From: Guillardia theta CCMP2712 | Lineage: Eukaryota; Protista; Cryptophyta | Direction of reading: 5' to 3' | NCBI RefSeq assembly: GCF_000315625.1 | Contig: NW_005434600.1 | Coordinates: 157,755-221,754, forward strand | Length of the DNA stretch: 64,000 nt | Part shown: positions 22,874-34,275 of the stretch, in pieces | Numbering within the stretch: position 1 is the stretch's first letter | Layout of the letters: every line of letters starts with the position of its first letter | Notes under the pieces: generated by a model | The model's input: only the letters and a program-made list of their open reading frames with translations | What the model was told of the DNA's origin: nothing | The model's database searches: none | Program-made: the position numbers and the translations under genes

Positions 22874-25800
22874 TTGGAGGAGGAACAGGAGCAGGAGCAG
22901 GAGGTGCAGGAAACGAGGGGAGAGGGGTGCTGAATGATGTGCAAAAGGATGAGATCAGGATAGGGTCCGGGGGTTGGAGAGGAGCTGAGAAAGGACAAGG
23001 GAATAAAAGGGAAGGGAAGGGAAGGGAAAAGAAGGGCAGGCGGGTCAACCTGTTTGTTCACTCCCCTATAGTGAGTCCCCTTGTCAAGCCCCTGAGCAGG
23101 ATGGTCAGAAAAACGTCTTCCTCCTCCTCCTCTTCTTCTCCATCTAATTCTTCTTCTGCTAAATCCTCTTACCGTCTTAGGGGTGACCCCGTCCTTCTCC
23201 AGAAGGTCTCCGTTGGATATGGGCCCCGGTACCGCCCCGAGCTGTGGAGGAGAGTAAGAAGAGCCGACGAAGAGAGAGGGAGCGGAGGAGGGAGGGAGGG
23301 AGGAAGGAAGAAGGACAGGGTCAATCAGGGGGGGGGAAGAATGGGAATAAGGCGGAAGTGACAGAACGGGGGAGGAGAGAGAGAGTGAAGGGAGGGAGTG
23401 GAAGGAGGACTGAGAAAGATTGGACGGAGGGAGGAGTCGCAGGAAGGGAGAAAACCTGATCTTGATGTACGAACGATAACCAAGATTGCAACCATTTCTT
23501 GTCAATGATGTACCAGGACTGGCCCGAAACATGTCAGGTTGTTGAAAGAGCAAAAACATCGCCAAGTGATTTCTCTTCACCTGCCCTGGCTCAATGTATG
23601 TCTTGTCATGTTCATGCACCTGAAACATCCCTTGGTCAGCCAGCACATCGCAACAGAAAATCTACAGCAGCTCTCACCAGCCTCTGCTCGTAGTCCCTTC
23701 GCTGCATCAGCTCGTATTCGTCCTTCATGCACTGACTGCATTTCTGACGCCCCAGATCGTTAGCAAGGCACCATGTTGTCAAGGCTCTTCCACCTCGATG
23801 CGGTTCAGGATGGGACCTCCCTTGTACTTTTCCAACAGCTTCTCCCACGCGGAAAGTGGAATCGGTCGGAGCTACATGCACATCACATGGCAAGCATGGT
23901 GCTCGCACCTGGACGCACCTTCTTCTCGTCCTCCTGCTTGATGTGTATCCTCTCATGACTGCACATGAACGGGTGATGGTCTATCGGCCCAGGGTGGAGC
24001 ATGTGCAGGAAACGAAGGAGCCACAGTCGCGAGATGTAGACTCGCTCCTCCTGGAGCGATCAACCATCAGGCAAGTGCGAGGTAGAGAGAGGAGGGGCGG
24101 GAAATGAAGTGAGATAGGGTTGAGGGGGGAGCGGGGGGTTGGGACGAAGGTGGGATGTAGGAGATAGGGAGACGGAGGTAGCAGGTGAAGTAGAAGACAG
24201 GAACAAGGGAGGTGCGGTATAGGGAAGTGTGGTGTGTAGAGGTAAGTAAGTAGGGAGGGAGGAAGGTGGTCAAAGGTATGTGGGGGGGTGGTCGAGAGGT
24301 TCTGCTGCTACCTGCGACTCTTCGTCCTCAATCAGTTTCTTGACATCTTCCCTCTCTTGCTCCTTCTCCTGCTCTGCTTGTCAAAATAGTCGTCGTCTCA
24401 ATATACAACTCACACCTTTGGAACCCTCAGTTTGTAGAACAGCATGTAGCCTTCGAGCTTGTGGACCTGTTCATCCTCTTACCCTACAGTGCAGAACAGG
24501 CAGCTATGTATGCAGGAAAGAGAGGAATATGAGAGAGAGGTGAAAATGAGAATAATTGAGAATGTTTCTGCAACTTACATCTGCCCCAGAGATTGTATTG
24601 ACTTGAGAATCGTTGAACTCAAACCATTTGCCGTCAGAGTTGTTTCGAATGTATGCGATATAGTGTCCTCCATGCAACGCTCCCCTTCGGAAAAGTTTCA
24701 GTAAAGGACAGCAACCCAGAAATTAGGGATGCACTCTGGCATCGATGACGAGAGAGCAAGAGAGGGAGAAGAGTGAATCGAGTGTTGGATCGGAGGGAGG
24801 GGGAGAAAGGAAGAAGGGACGAATGGGATGAAAGCAGTGGAAGAGAGAGAGAGAGAGACAGGAGAGAAGGCTGAAAAGGAAGGAAGGGAAGAGTGATCAA
24901 GGGAGATTCGGCGAACCTGTGTTCAATTACAGCAAGCAAATCATAGATTGCGTTCTCCTGTTCCTCCTTGAATTCTTCTGAGGTCTGTAAATGGCAAGTG
25001 TCAGCTCTATTGGATCCTTTAGAATGACCAAGCAGGGAGAGTATGGGGAGTGAGTGAGTGAGTGAGTGAGTGAGTGAGTGAGGGAGGGAGGGAGGGAGGG
25101 AGGGAGGGAGAGGGGGACTGAGTGAAAGGGAATAAGGTTTCAGAACCAAGAGAGACCATAGTCAGGCATGCTAGTAGGAAAGTCACCTTGATGAACGGGC
25201 GCATGTCAAGGCCCTTGATGGGGAACTGAATGTGCTCTGAGATCTTGGTTCCCATGTTGTTTCCAAACAGAGACTCGTAACGAAACCGCTTCAAGTGCAA
25301 GGTTAAAACTTCCGGCGGTTTCAGCAGAGACAACTTCTTTGTACAGTCTCGGAACTGATCGCAGTGTTCACATTTGTACTTGTCATTCCCCGTCAAGTGC
25401 TCTGGCTCATAGTACTGCAACAAACAGTCCTGCAGCGAGATGTTCACATTCGACACCGACGAGAACATGCCGATCAGGAACGACAGCCAACTGTTCTGCG
25501 CGCAGGTCACGTTCTGGTTCTCAGGTTCCTGACTCTCTGAAGCTTCCTCCGACTCCACACTCGCCCGATAGTTCTTGTGCGCGCTCAGTAACCTTTGCCG
25601 GGCCTTCTTGCTTGGGATGGAAATGCTCTGATCGAGAACCGGCTCCTCCGTCACTGATACCTTCCCGCAGTGGTTGCACTTGACCTCGCTGATCAGAACC
25701 CCAGCAAAGATGTCAAGGACGATGCTGTTGTGCAGCCTCTTCTCATGCCTGTGTGTCTCTTTACTCTTCGACTCAGCGTTCCCGTTCTCCGGCGACCTCT

Positions 25801-26446
25801 GCGACGGGCTCAGAGACCCGTTGTGGGGGTGTCCGAGCTCTCCCTTGACGTAGATGTCGTCCTTCTTCTGCACCGAGCTGCTCTTCTGTGCCTCAGAGGA
25901 GGCGTCCAGCGGCCGTTGGTGCAGGAACGGCGTTGATTCCTGTAGCTCCTCATGCAGAACGTCAAGGGTCCTGCGCAGAAACTCCTGAGCGTCCTGCTGT
26001 CCTAGCCCCCGGTAGTCCGGGTTCAAGTCGAGGACGTCGCGGACGAAGTTGTGAGGAGACGCTACCTTCAGCCCTTCATCCCACACCTGGTACACGATGT
26101 CTGCAAGGCTGTGAACCATCCTCCTCTGCGTGATCGCCCGCGAATTCCCCACCTCGAGCCGCGGGGGGATGAAGTCCGCGCAGTCGACGAAGAACCCGGC
26201 GAAGGAGGGGGTATGGACGAGCACTTGGACAGGAGCGTTCAGGTAGCACGTGTTCCCAAGGTTGGGCAGCCCGCTCAGTCCCTTGAGCGTTCTCGAGCAC
26301 CCGTTCCTCCTCCTGTCTCTCTGGTGGTTCCCAGACTGTGACCTGTCTTGCCCTGGGCTCTCAACTTCATCCTCTGAAGCATCTTCCTCCATCTCGTCGG
26401 CGGAATCTACTCTCTTGTCTCTGCTGTCAGAACGGAGTGACGACAT
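22642..26446 (-). CDS. Ubiquitin-specific protease (peptidase C19), USP20/USP33-like with C-terminal DUSP domains
   Basis: Cys box GLPNLGNTCYLNA; QQDAQEFL; LTLHLKRF; His box YDLLAVIEH / GGHYIAY...WFEFNDS / GYMLFY; DUSP-like PGPIDH, PGPISNGDLL, WDIFFSIYGGGP. Confidence 0.93.
22758..22870. repeat. (GAT)n microsatellite in a USP intron
   Basis: Direct reading of the sequence. Confidence 0.95.
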
Positions 26447-28043
26447 GGACGTCTCGTGCAGCTACCGCGCGCCTTGCCCACCTTTCCAATGACCCTACCT
26501 CAGCCTAGCCGCTAATGCAACCCCAGCGCTGAAGTTGTTGCGTCCCCCCAACACGGAATGCTCATGGATCAACGGGCAGCCCTTGTGAGCTGTTCCATGC
26601 TTCAAAGCGGATGGATCGTCCATGTCAAGGATCCATCTCTCACACTCAGCGCCCATGCATCCCTGTCCGATTCCTACATAGCCAGAATTTCAGATCAGGT
26701 GACAGGCAGCATACAGGACGATCTTGCTGAGCTGTTCGAGCATGCACACACCACCCCATCATTCACGTTGAAAATCAACTAGAAATGTCTTCAAACACAT
26801 GAAGCAAACATCATTTCATCGCGGACCCTTCCTCTGCTGCCTTACCCAAACCTCCATGACCTCCGCCACATTTTCCTCACAACAAACACTACAACTTCCT
26901 CTCTGTCCTCTTCACCTCCAATTCCGATACGTATCATTCACTGTGAACTTCCCTGCTTGCACAATCAATGCCTTCAATAGGTCCTGATTCCTGCACAATC
27001 CCCATGGATCCTCTTCTTCGACCTCTCTCCTGCCCTCAGCTTCTTTCCCCCCTGCCTCTTGTCCTCCAGCATACGTCATACACCATCCTTTCCTCTTCAT
27101 CTTCATCCTCAATTGCACTGCCTCCTCCTCCTCCTCCTCTCTTTTCCTGCTCCCCTTCCCTTCGCCATTTTTGGCTTGCTTCTCCGCTCCTAGCCATGAA
27201 GAAGGCTGGGTACATAAAAGATTGGGGGTTGGGGTACTACTTTGGGGTATGGTAGGGTAGTCAAAAAGTGAGGGTGGGGTGATACCTGACAACGCAAAAG
27301 TGGGGGTGTTTGATTGAAAAAAGAAGGGTAGTGGAGATCAAAGTAACAGGAAGTATCAGGGGTGGGGTGGAGGAAGCAGGGAAACAGGGGTGTAATATTT
27401 ATTGGGTGGAGAGCAGATGGAGGGTGGTAGTTATTCAGGGGTGGACTTGGATAGGGTGGGTACTATTGGTTCCATGATAAGCCATGAGGGGTAGTTTTTT
27501 CACAGAAATGGACGGGTATAGACATTGAATTCAAGGGAAGGGTGTGAGATCCAATTTCTGGGGTCGTGAGCTCATGGGGTAGGGTCAGAAAATATTGGGT
27601 ACTCAGAATTCTATCAAATGGTGGGTACTCAAAGGTAAATCTTGGGGTACTACCACATCAAGAACTCTATCTGTGGGGGTCCCGTGTGACAAGCCAGGGG
27701 TTTAACATGGAAGGGTGCCATTTACAACTCAAGGTATAAAAAGTAGGAATTGCTCCACACCACCCACCCTATCTTGTCAGCATTTCATCCACCATGGACT
27801 CCTCCGCTCTACCCCACTGGCGGCTACACCAACCACCCACCCCTTCATGACAAGTTTTCATATCCCTCTGCAGTACCCACCTCTATTCCAGACAGTAGAT
27901 TACCTCACCAGTACCCCACCCTAGCCGAGCCTCTACCCCCTCCACCCATCGTGAATCTGCGGGTGAATTGCAGAGCTGGACCTATCCTGACTTCATCCTA
28001 CTTTTTCAATCGTCTGAACACACTTCGTCAAAGTTTGCCCGAC

Positions 28044-31033
28044 ATGGCTGACGGCGCCGTCATGGTGCGGGAAAGGCGCAGGAGGAGGGCGGGAGACATG
28101 CTGGGGGGGGAAGCAATGGTCAAGGAGGAGGAGGAAGAAGAGGAGGAAGTGGAACGATGGCAGGTTACAACGTTGTCCTCCCGTGGAGGGCTTGTTCTCG
28201 CCTCTGCCGTGTCGTCGGCATTCATGGCAGTCGGGAGCGATCGGGACGAGCAGGTATGAGAAGCTGCGATCAGGATGGGATGGGGAGACTTTGATCTTGT
28301 TGACTGTGGACATGGAGCAGGGAGGTCTCGTCTTCGACAGCCGCGATGCTACCCACATGATCGCCATCACCACAACGCAGGATCCGTCCAACAACGACCC
28401 CAACGCGTTGGAGGTCTGGTTGAGGGATGGGAGGAGGGTGGTTCTTGGATTCTTCGATCCATGCAAACGAGACGAGTGGATGGATCTGATAGCTCAATGG
28501 TCAAATGCGACGAGAAGCAGCAAGCAGCGAGATGTTCTCCCACTGCCGAGCAGAGCTTCGTCAGGCATGACATCGGTCTGTACCCCTTGGGATCCAGCCC
28601 TTTGCACGTTGAGAGTCTTGCGCAGGATCTTGACGTGCAGGTCGAACCCAGCAAGCTGGAGAAGAATGCTGGAAGGTGCTGCAGAAGTTCTCCCGTCCTT
28701 GATGATCGTCCATGACATGTTGCGCTGAAAGGGTTGTGGAATATCCAGACGGGAGTAAATATGTGGGAGAGTTCAAGGAACTGAAACTTTTGTTCCTCTG
28801 CTGCTGAGAGTGAAGATGATGCAGGGGAGCCGTTGGCACGGGACTGGTCGGCTGACAATGAAGAACTCTGTTTATGAAGGGGAGTGGGCTGAGGGTTCGA
28901 AGCATGGTTCAGGGGTGTTGTTCTACTCTAGTGGTGACATCTACCAGGTAGTCGGACTTGCCATGCTTGCCTTGTTCGCTGTATTTGCTTGTTGTGCTGC
29001 TGAACAATGTAATGTAAAGAATGTTTTGCTCAGAATGCTCAATTTCTCACGTCAATCATGTTGTTACGATGTGCGTCATGTGTTATCTGGGGGTCTTGCT
29101 GGTTTTCTCCTCTTGTTTGTTGATGTCTGTTTGGTCAACAGGGAGATTTTCAACATGGCCATCGACATGGAGTTGGCACTTTGTATCACTTCAACGCTGA
29201 TCAAGCGTCGAGAGTTGAGTTGATGAGGCATGGGAAGGCGGAAGACGCCCGCATCGCCATGTTCTGGAGGACTCTCAAACTGATGCGCAACGGCCTTGTG
29301 CGGATGGACAGGTTGTTGGGCATGTCAGTTGATGCGATGCGAATGTAATGAGGAGGAGAAGGTATGAGGGAGAATGGAACGCAGACAAGAAACATGGGAC
29401 GGGCAACGAGTTCGAACGGTCTGACCAGGTTGGCGAAAAGGATGGTCTTGCAAGATTCTAATGCCTTTGTTTTCTCCTTCTATTTGCTGATTGTGTATGA
29501 AGTACCAAGTGGAGTATGACATGGGAAGGTTGATTTCGCGGATCAACATCAAAGATCTCAAACAGATTAACATACCCAAGGATCTCAAGTACAGGTTGCC
29601 TCTACTGCCTCTCCCCCCTCCTTTTGCCTTGTCCTGAGATGCTCCTGTTGCATCTTTCGATGGTGAAAATCTCCGGACAGCGTGGATGAGATGGCGATCC
29701 AAGAGAATGTCGCGTTCATCCCCAACCTTGTAACCTCCATCAAAGGGCTGAAACCCTTCCAATACTGGGGTAATAAGTTCCTATCCTACGAATCTCCTGG
29801 GAGACTGACAACCCCCTAGTTGTCCCAGAGCTCCCAGAAGGAATGGTCCTCGACGCTAACACCGGTACCCGCTCTTCTCTCCTCCTCGCTGCTGTGTCTC
29901 AGAGCATGCGAACAAGGCGAGATCTCGGGGGTCGGGCTGAGAGCTTGCTTGAAGTCCGAGTATGAGATCTTTGCTGGGAATGACTACGGCCAATGCAGCA
30001 CGAAGGCTCGTCCTGCCTTCACTCCTTGCCAACGGTTGACTTGAACGCAGCTAGCGATCACGGTGCTCGAGTCCGAGTGGCAGACTGGCTACCATCACAA
30101 GCTTTATGCTGACGGCTCGTCTTACGCGGGAGAATGGCTGGATGGATTGTGGCATGGCAAGGGCGAGCTGAGGTAAAGGCGCAGCAATGCAATCAGTTGC
30201 TACGAAGTTACTTTAGAGGAGAAAAGCGATTAGGAGTGGAGGCGTGGAGGAAGGGGAGGGGCGATGACGAGTGAGCATACTGCTGCTGCTGCATTGTGTG
30301 AAGGATGAGGAGGATGACTGCCTTAGGTTAGGGAGGGAAGGAGAGGTGAAGTTTTTTGGGGGGGGGGACTGAAAGGAGCAGTGGCAGGATGAACATGAGT
30401 TGAGGAAGGAAGAGAAATAAAGGAGAAGCGATCAGAATGAGGACGAGAAGGAGCAGGAGGACAAGGACTAGAAAGAGGATCAGGACAAGGGCGAGGAAGT
30501 GGAGAAGAGGAGGAGCTCAAGATAAAGGCATTACAGGTACGCGGATGGCAAAAGTTTTACAGGAGAGTTTCATGAGGGACAGCGACATGGCAGAGGTCTG
30601 CTCAAGGATCTCGATGGATGGTACTTCTGCGCTCTGCTCTGCTCTGCCCTGCTCTGCTCGGCTCGGCTCGGCTCGGCTCCGCTCTGCGCTTCTCTGCCTC
30701 TCTCCCACCCCTCCATCCCTCTGCATTTCTCCATCTCTTCCCTTCTCTTTCATTCCATACAAACCCGATCCTCCCTCCCTCCCTATCTCGTCCCCTCTCC
30801 CAGTCCACTGATCTACCTCCTCTCAGCTTCTACGAAGGAGAGTATGCCAGGGGCAAGCGCCATGGCTGGGGCAGAACCCTCTACATCACAGGCCATCTGT
30901 ATGAGGTGAGCGCGGTGAACCTGCCGCTAGTTGTCGTCACGTGCTGGAGCAGGGAGAGTGGAGCCAAGACAAGCGGGCCGGCCGGGGGGTGATGTACGAC
31001 CCGGACGGAACTCGCCATGATATCAGGCCCTGA
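28044..31033 (+). CDS. MORN-repeat protein with N-terminal PH-like region and internal putative Ig (He_PIG-like) segment; multi-exon
   Basis: MORN motifs YEGEWAEGSKHGSGVLFYSSGDIY, YAGEWLDGLWHGKGEL, FTGEFHEGQRHGRG, YEGEYARGKRHGWGRTLY. Stop TGA at 31031-31033. Confidence 0.85.
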
Positions 31034-31263
31034 AGGAATCTTGTTGTTGGACCTCGTGGTTTTTCCGTGCCCAGGCTACAATTTCTCGGTGTCTTTTCAA
31101 ATGTTCAGAGGGACTGGACTTCCTTGTCGAATGATCAGAGGAGCTTTCTTGCAGTAGACCTTTCCTATCTCAACTAGATCGGTTCGATCACCCGCTAGAC
31201 CTTGATGCCGTCGACGAAGTCAGGAGCATGCTCCGAAGCATCTGGAAGCCAAGTCACTAGCGT

Positions 31264-32515
31264 TCACTCTTCCCACCACCTCCTCCTCTTACGAATCTTC
31301 TTCACTCCATGTTCAACTGAGTTCTGCCCCAAGGTCCGGTTGGCTTCAGCCAGAGTACGATCTATCCTTGCCATGAGGGCCTGCGGTTGATGTTCAGGTG
31401 CGAGCTGAGATGTATTATCATCGCAGTACATCTGTGTCCTCGTCGTCCATCTGCCGCGGGACTTCAACCTGCTGGACGAAGTTTGTCGGAACCGGTTGAC
31501 TGAGCGCAAGTCAGAACCGTCTTCTCATCGACTCTCCAGCTCACTTTGACATTGATACAAACGAAGATTCCGTGATGATCGGAGCACTTTGTTGCACAGA
31601 AAACAACATAGGCTGCGAAGTGACTTGGAGGTTCTGATACTCCTGGAGCTGGAAATTCTGTTGCTGAGGTTGTTTCGATGTCAGGAGACCGCAAAGCAAG
31701 GCAGCTACAATTGTTCGCACTCACAACTTCTCTCGTTTCTGTGATGGGTTGTTGATAAAACTGAAGACACACATCAACTTCTTTGCATCGGTTGCATGCA
31801 GTTGCCAAGACCTGGTTGACTTTGGTGGAGTAAATTTGAACCGGCTGCGAGATGTATTCATGCTGCACTTGCACCGGTGATCTCTCGACGTATGTGACAG
31901 GGAACGGTTGCACTTTATCAAAACAACATCAGTGATCATGAAAAATAAAGAAGAAAACTCCCACCTTGCTGGGTAACAACTTCGGGTTGGTAGATGTATT
32001 GGACTGGAGCCACCTGGTACTCTACTTGTGGCTGGACAAAACAGATAACAAAAAAGGCGAAACAAAGGACAAGTACATGTCAGGAAACTAAACATGACGC
32101 AAGAGCAGAAACACCTGTTGTATCACTTGAATGTAATCTGGAGGGATGTATTCCTGACAAGAAAAATGTCACCACACTAAATGGCAATGGCTCTAACGCT
32201 TTCGGCTTCATCACCAGCCGCTGCTGCATGCTGCTGGCATGCTGCACTTGTCTGTCGACGAACATCACAGGAGCGGCTTGCACTTGTTGCTGGTAGACCA
32301 TCATCTCCGGGAGATGCTCGTGCCGTTCTCGAGACTCCACAACTATCGGCGCTGGGCGCGATTGCACCAGCGCGCGATCAGGGTACACTTCGGGAGGCGG
32401 CTCCTCGGTCTTGCGGGTTTCTACTTGGCTAGAGGACAGGATAAGTCGTTCAGCATCTTCAGAGACGAGGAAGAAGCAAGCAGAACCTCTGAGTTATGAG
32501 CGGAGGAGGAGTCAT
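31264..32515 (-). CDS. Val/Gln/Pro/Tyr-rich hypothetical protein; multi-exon
   Basis: Exons MVYQQQVQAAPVMFVDRQVQ, VQPQVEYQVAPVQYIYQPEVVTQQ, VQPFPVTYVERSPVQVQHEYISQPVQIY, separated by GT-AG introns. Confidence 0.6.
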
Positions 32516-33469
32516 CGCCGGGACCCTGGACGGATCAATTTTCGTTTGAGGTATAAACCATTCTCGGATCGCTGCCCACACAAGTCAGTCAGCTCGAGCC
32601 GTCATGGACGGAAATTCTCACTGTCCATTGAGAAATTCGATGTTTTGTTTGAAAGGGTTCGCAGCAGAATATCACCGATGACGGAATGCTTGGCTGCCAT
32701 CAACAATCAGTCCAACTTGCACCGGCAAACTCACTGCCACTTTGCTGGTATTGTTCACAAGGAGCATGCACACCAGCTATGTATGATCAGTCATGGAATG
32801 AAGTGAAGGAGGAAGTGACATTGTGTGCAGATAAACTGTGAATGTGAAGCAAAAGTTCACGGTTGATTCAAACATGGATCGTTTGCTGTTGTACATTGGA
32901 AGGGTCGCTAAAAGTTGAGAGCATATCAGAAACGAGGGAGCAATCAACAGGATGGCAGAGGAGGATTCGGCAAGGTGATTCAGCATTGCGAGCATGGAGA
33001 ATGCACGTGGCGGTCAGCATGGAGGGCAGCCGCAGCGTCTGCCTCCTGGAGCCAGGCATGACCGTACTGCCGTCGGACATTAAGGGGTCCGGCCCGAATC
33101 GGAACTTCCGGGTGAAAGGCTGGGTGGTCATAGGTTAAGGGTGGGTACCTGCACAAGCTACCCCATGCTTTTCCGTAAAAAGTACCTAAATGATACGGGT
33201 GATAGGTAAGGATATGTGTTATACAGGGGGTCAGGGTCCAGCACTGGACGGTGCAGAATTGTCGGAGTCTGCGACTTTAAAAACCCTTATTTTAATGGTG
33301 TAGTGGCCAAAAGAATTCACTACCATAGTTACATTAAAAATGTTTTAATTCTGTACATGAACGAATCATTTTGTACCACAGCCGTTTCGACTCAAATTTA
33401 CTCACCAGAAAAGTTGATACTAGCCAGGCCCGAGGGAGGCAGTGTAAAACAGACCGATCAGACTTTTAC

Positions 33470-34275
33470 TATCCGATGACCGTACCATCGGACGGCGGTC
33501 ATCGCCGCCCGGCCCCCGGGTAGCCCGGCGGGCCCGAGCGGGCCGAAGCCCAGGCTCCCGGTACAGCCTCCAAGTCGGATCTACGCCGGTGTGACGGGAC
33601 TAGGGAAGGCCGCTTTCTTTGGCAACCCATCATCCCGGCGATCGCCAGCGCTGATGGACTCTAGTTGTAGGCATGATAATGCAATCAGTGGCGGGGCGGC
33701 GGATGATCCGCACATTCCGAGTTCAGCCTGCCATCGCTCGGCAAACCGGCGTTGAAGAAAATTGAAACGGCAGCGCTGGATCACGCGGCCGGGCCTCTCG
33801 GCCTCTCGGACAATGGCGTCCGATGAGAGTCGGACACGTTCAGACGGTCGGCAAGTTCGGACTCGCGGCGCCGCGCGGCGGCGCCGCTGGGCCGGCCCGG
33901 CCCCGGCGGCGCCGGGCATGCGGCCATCTGATGGTCCGATCATGGATGGTATTTACTTATTGAAGCCTTCAACGCCGATGATGGCAGCCGGGCGCAGGGC
34001 GCCAAGGCTCGCGGCGGGCCCGCGCGGCGGCCAAACACTCCGCCGGAGCCTCGCCCGCCGCCGGTCACTGTCACACACGGCCGGGCGGCGTCACTGACAG
34101 TCCGATCCGACAGTCACTATCGCGGCACTGCACTCAGCCGGAGCCCGGCTGGCGCGGCCGCGCTGCGTGTCCCGACTCCCGTCACGCCCGGTGACCTCGG
34201 GCGGCCTCGTACCGTAGTACTGATTTTTGCCTTAAAAAGTTTGAGTAAAGTATTGGGGCGCGGACGGTTTCGGTA
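33470..34275. repeat. CpG/CCGG-rich intergenic element (probable dispersed repeat family; related patches at 7255-7445 and 14115-14235)
   Basis: Very GC-rich palindrome-dense tract. Shares GATGGTCCGATC with ~7431 and TCCGATCCGA with ~14137. Confidence 0.5.

Noticed and set aside
26450-26950. N-terminal zf-UBP exon expected for USP20/33
   Set aside because: No Cys/His zinc-finger pattern was found on the minus strand; the region looks non-coding.
27222-27950. Motif islands as interstitial telomere repeats
   Set aside because: No tandem TTAGGG/TTTAGGG units; motifs are GGGGT-type with unique spacers.
30006-30054. Possible GC-AG intron in the MORN gene
   Set aside because: An alternative GT donor with the downstream CTAG acceptor also keeps frame, so it cannot be decided without cDNA.
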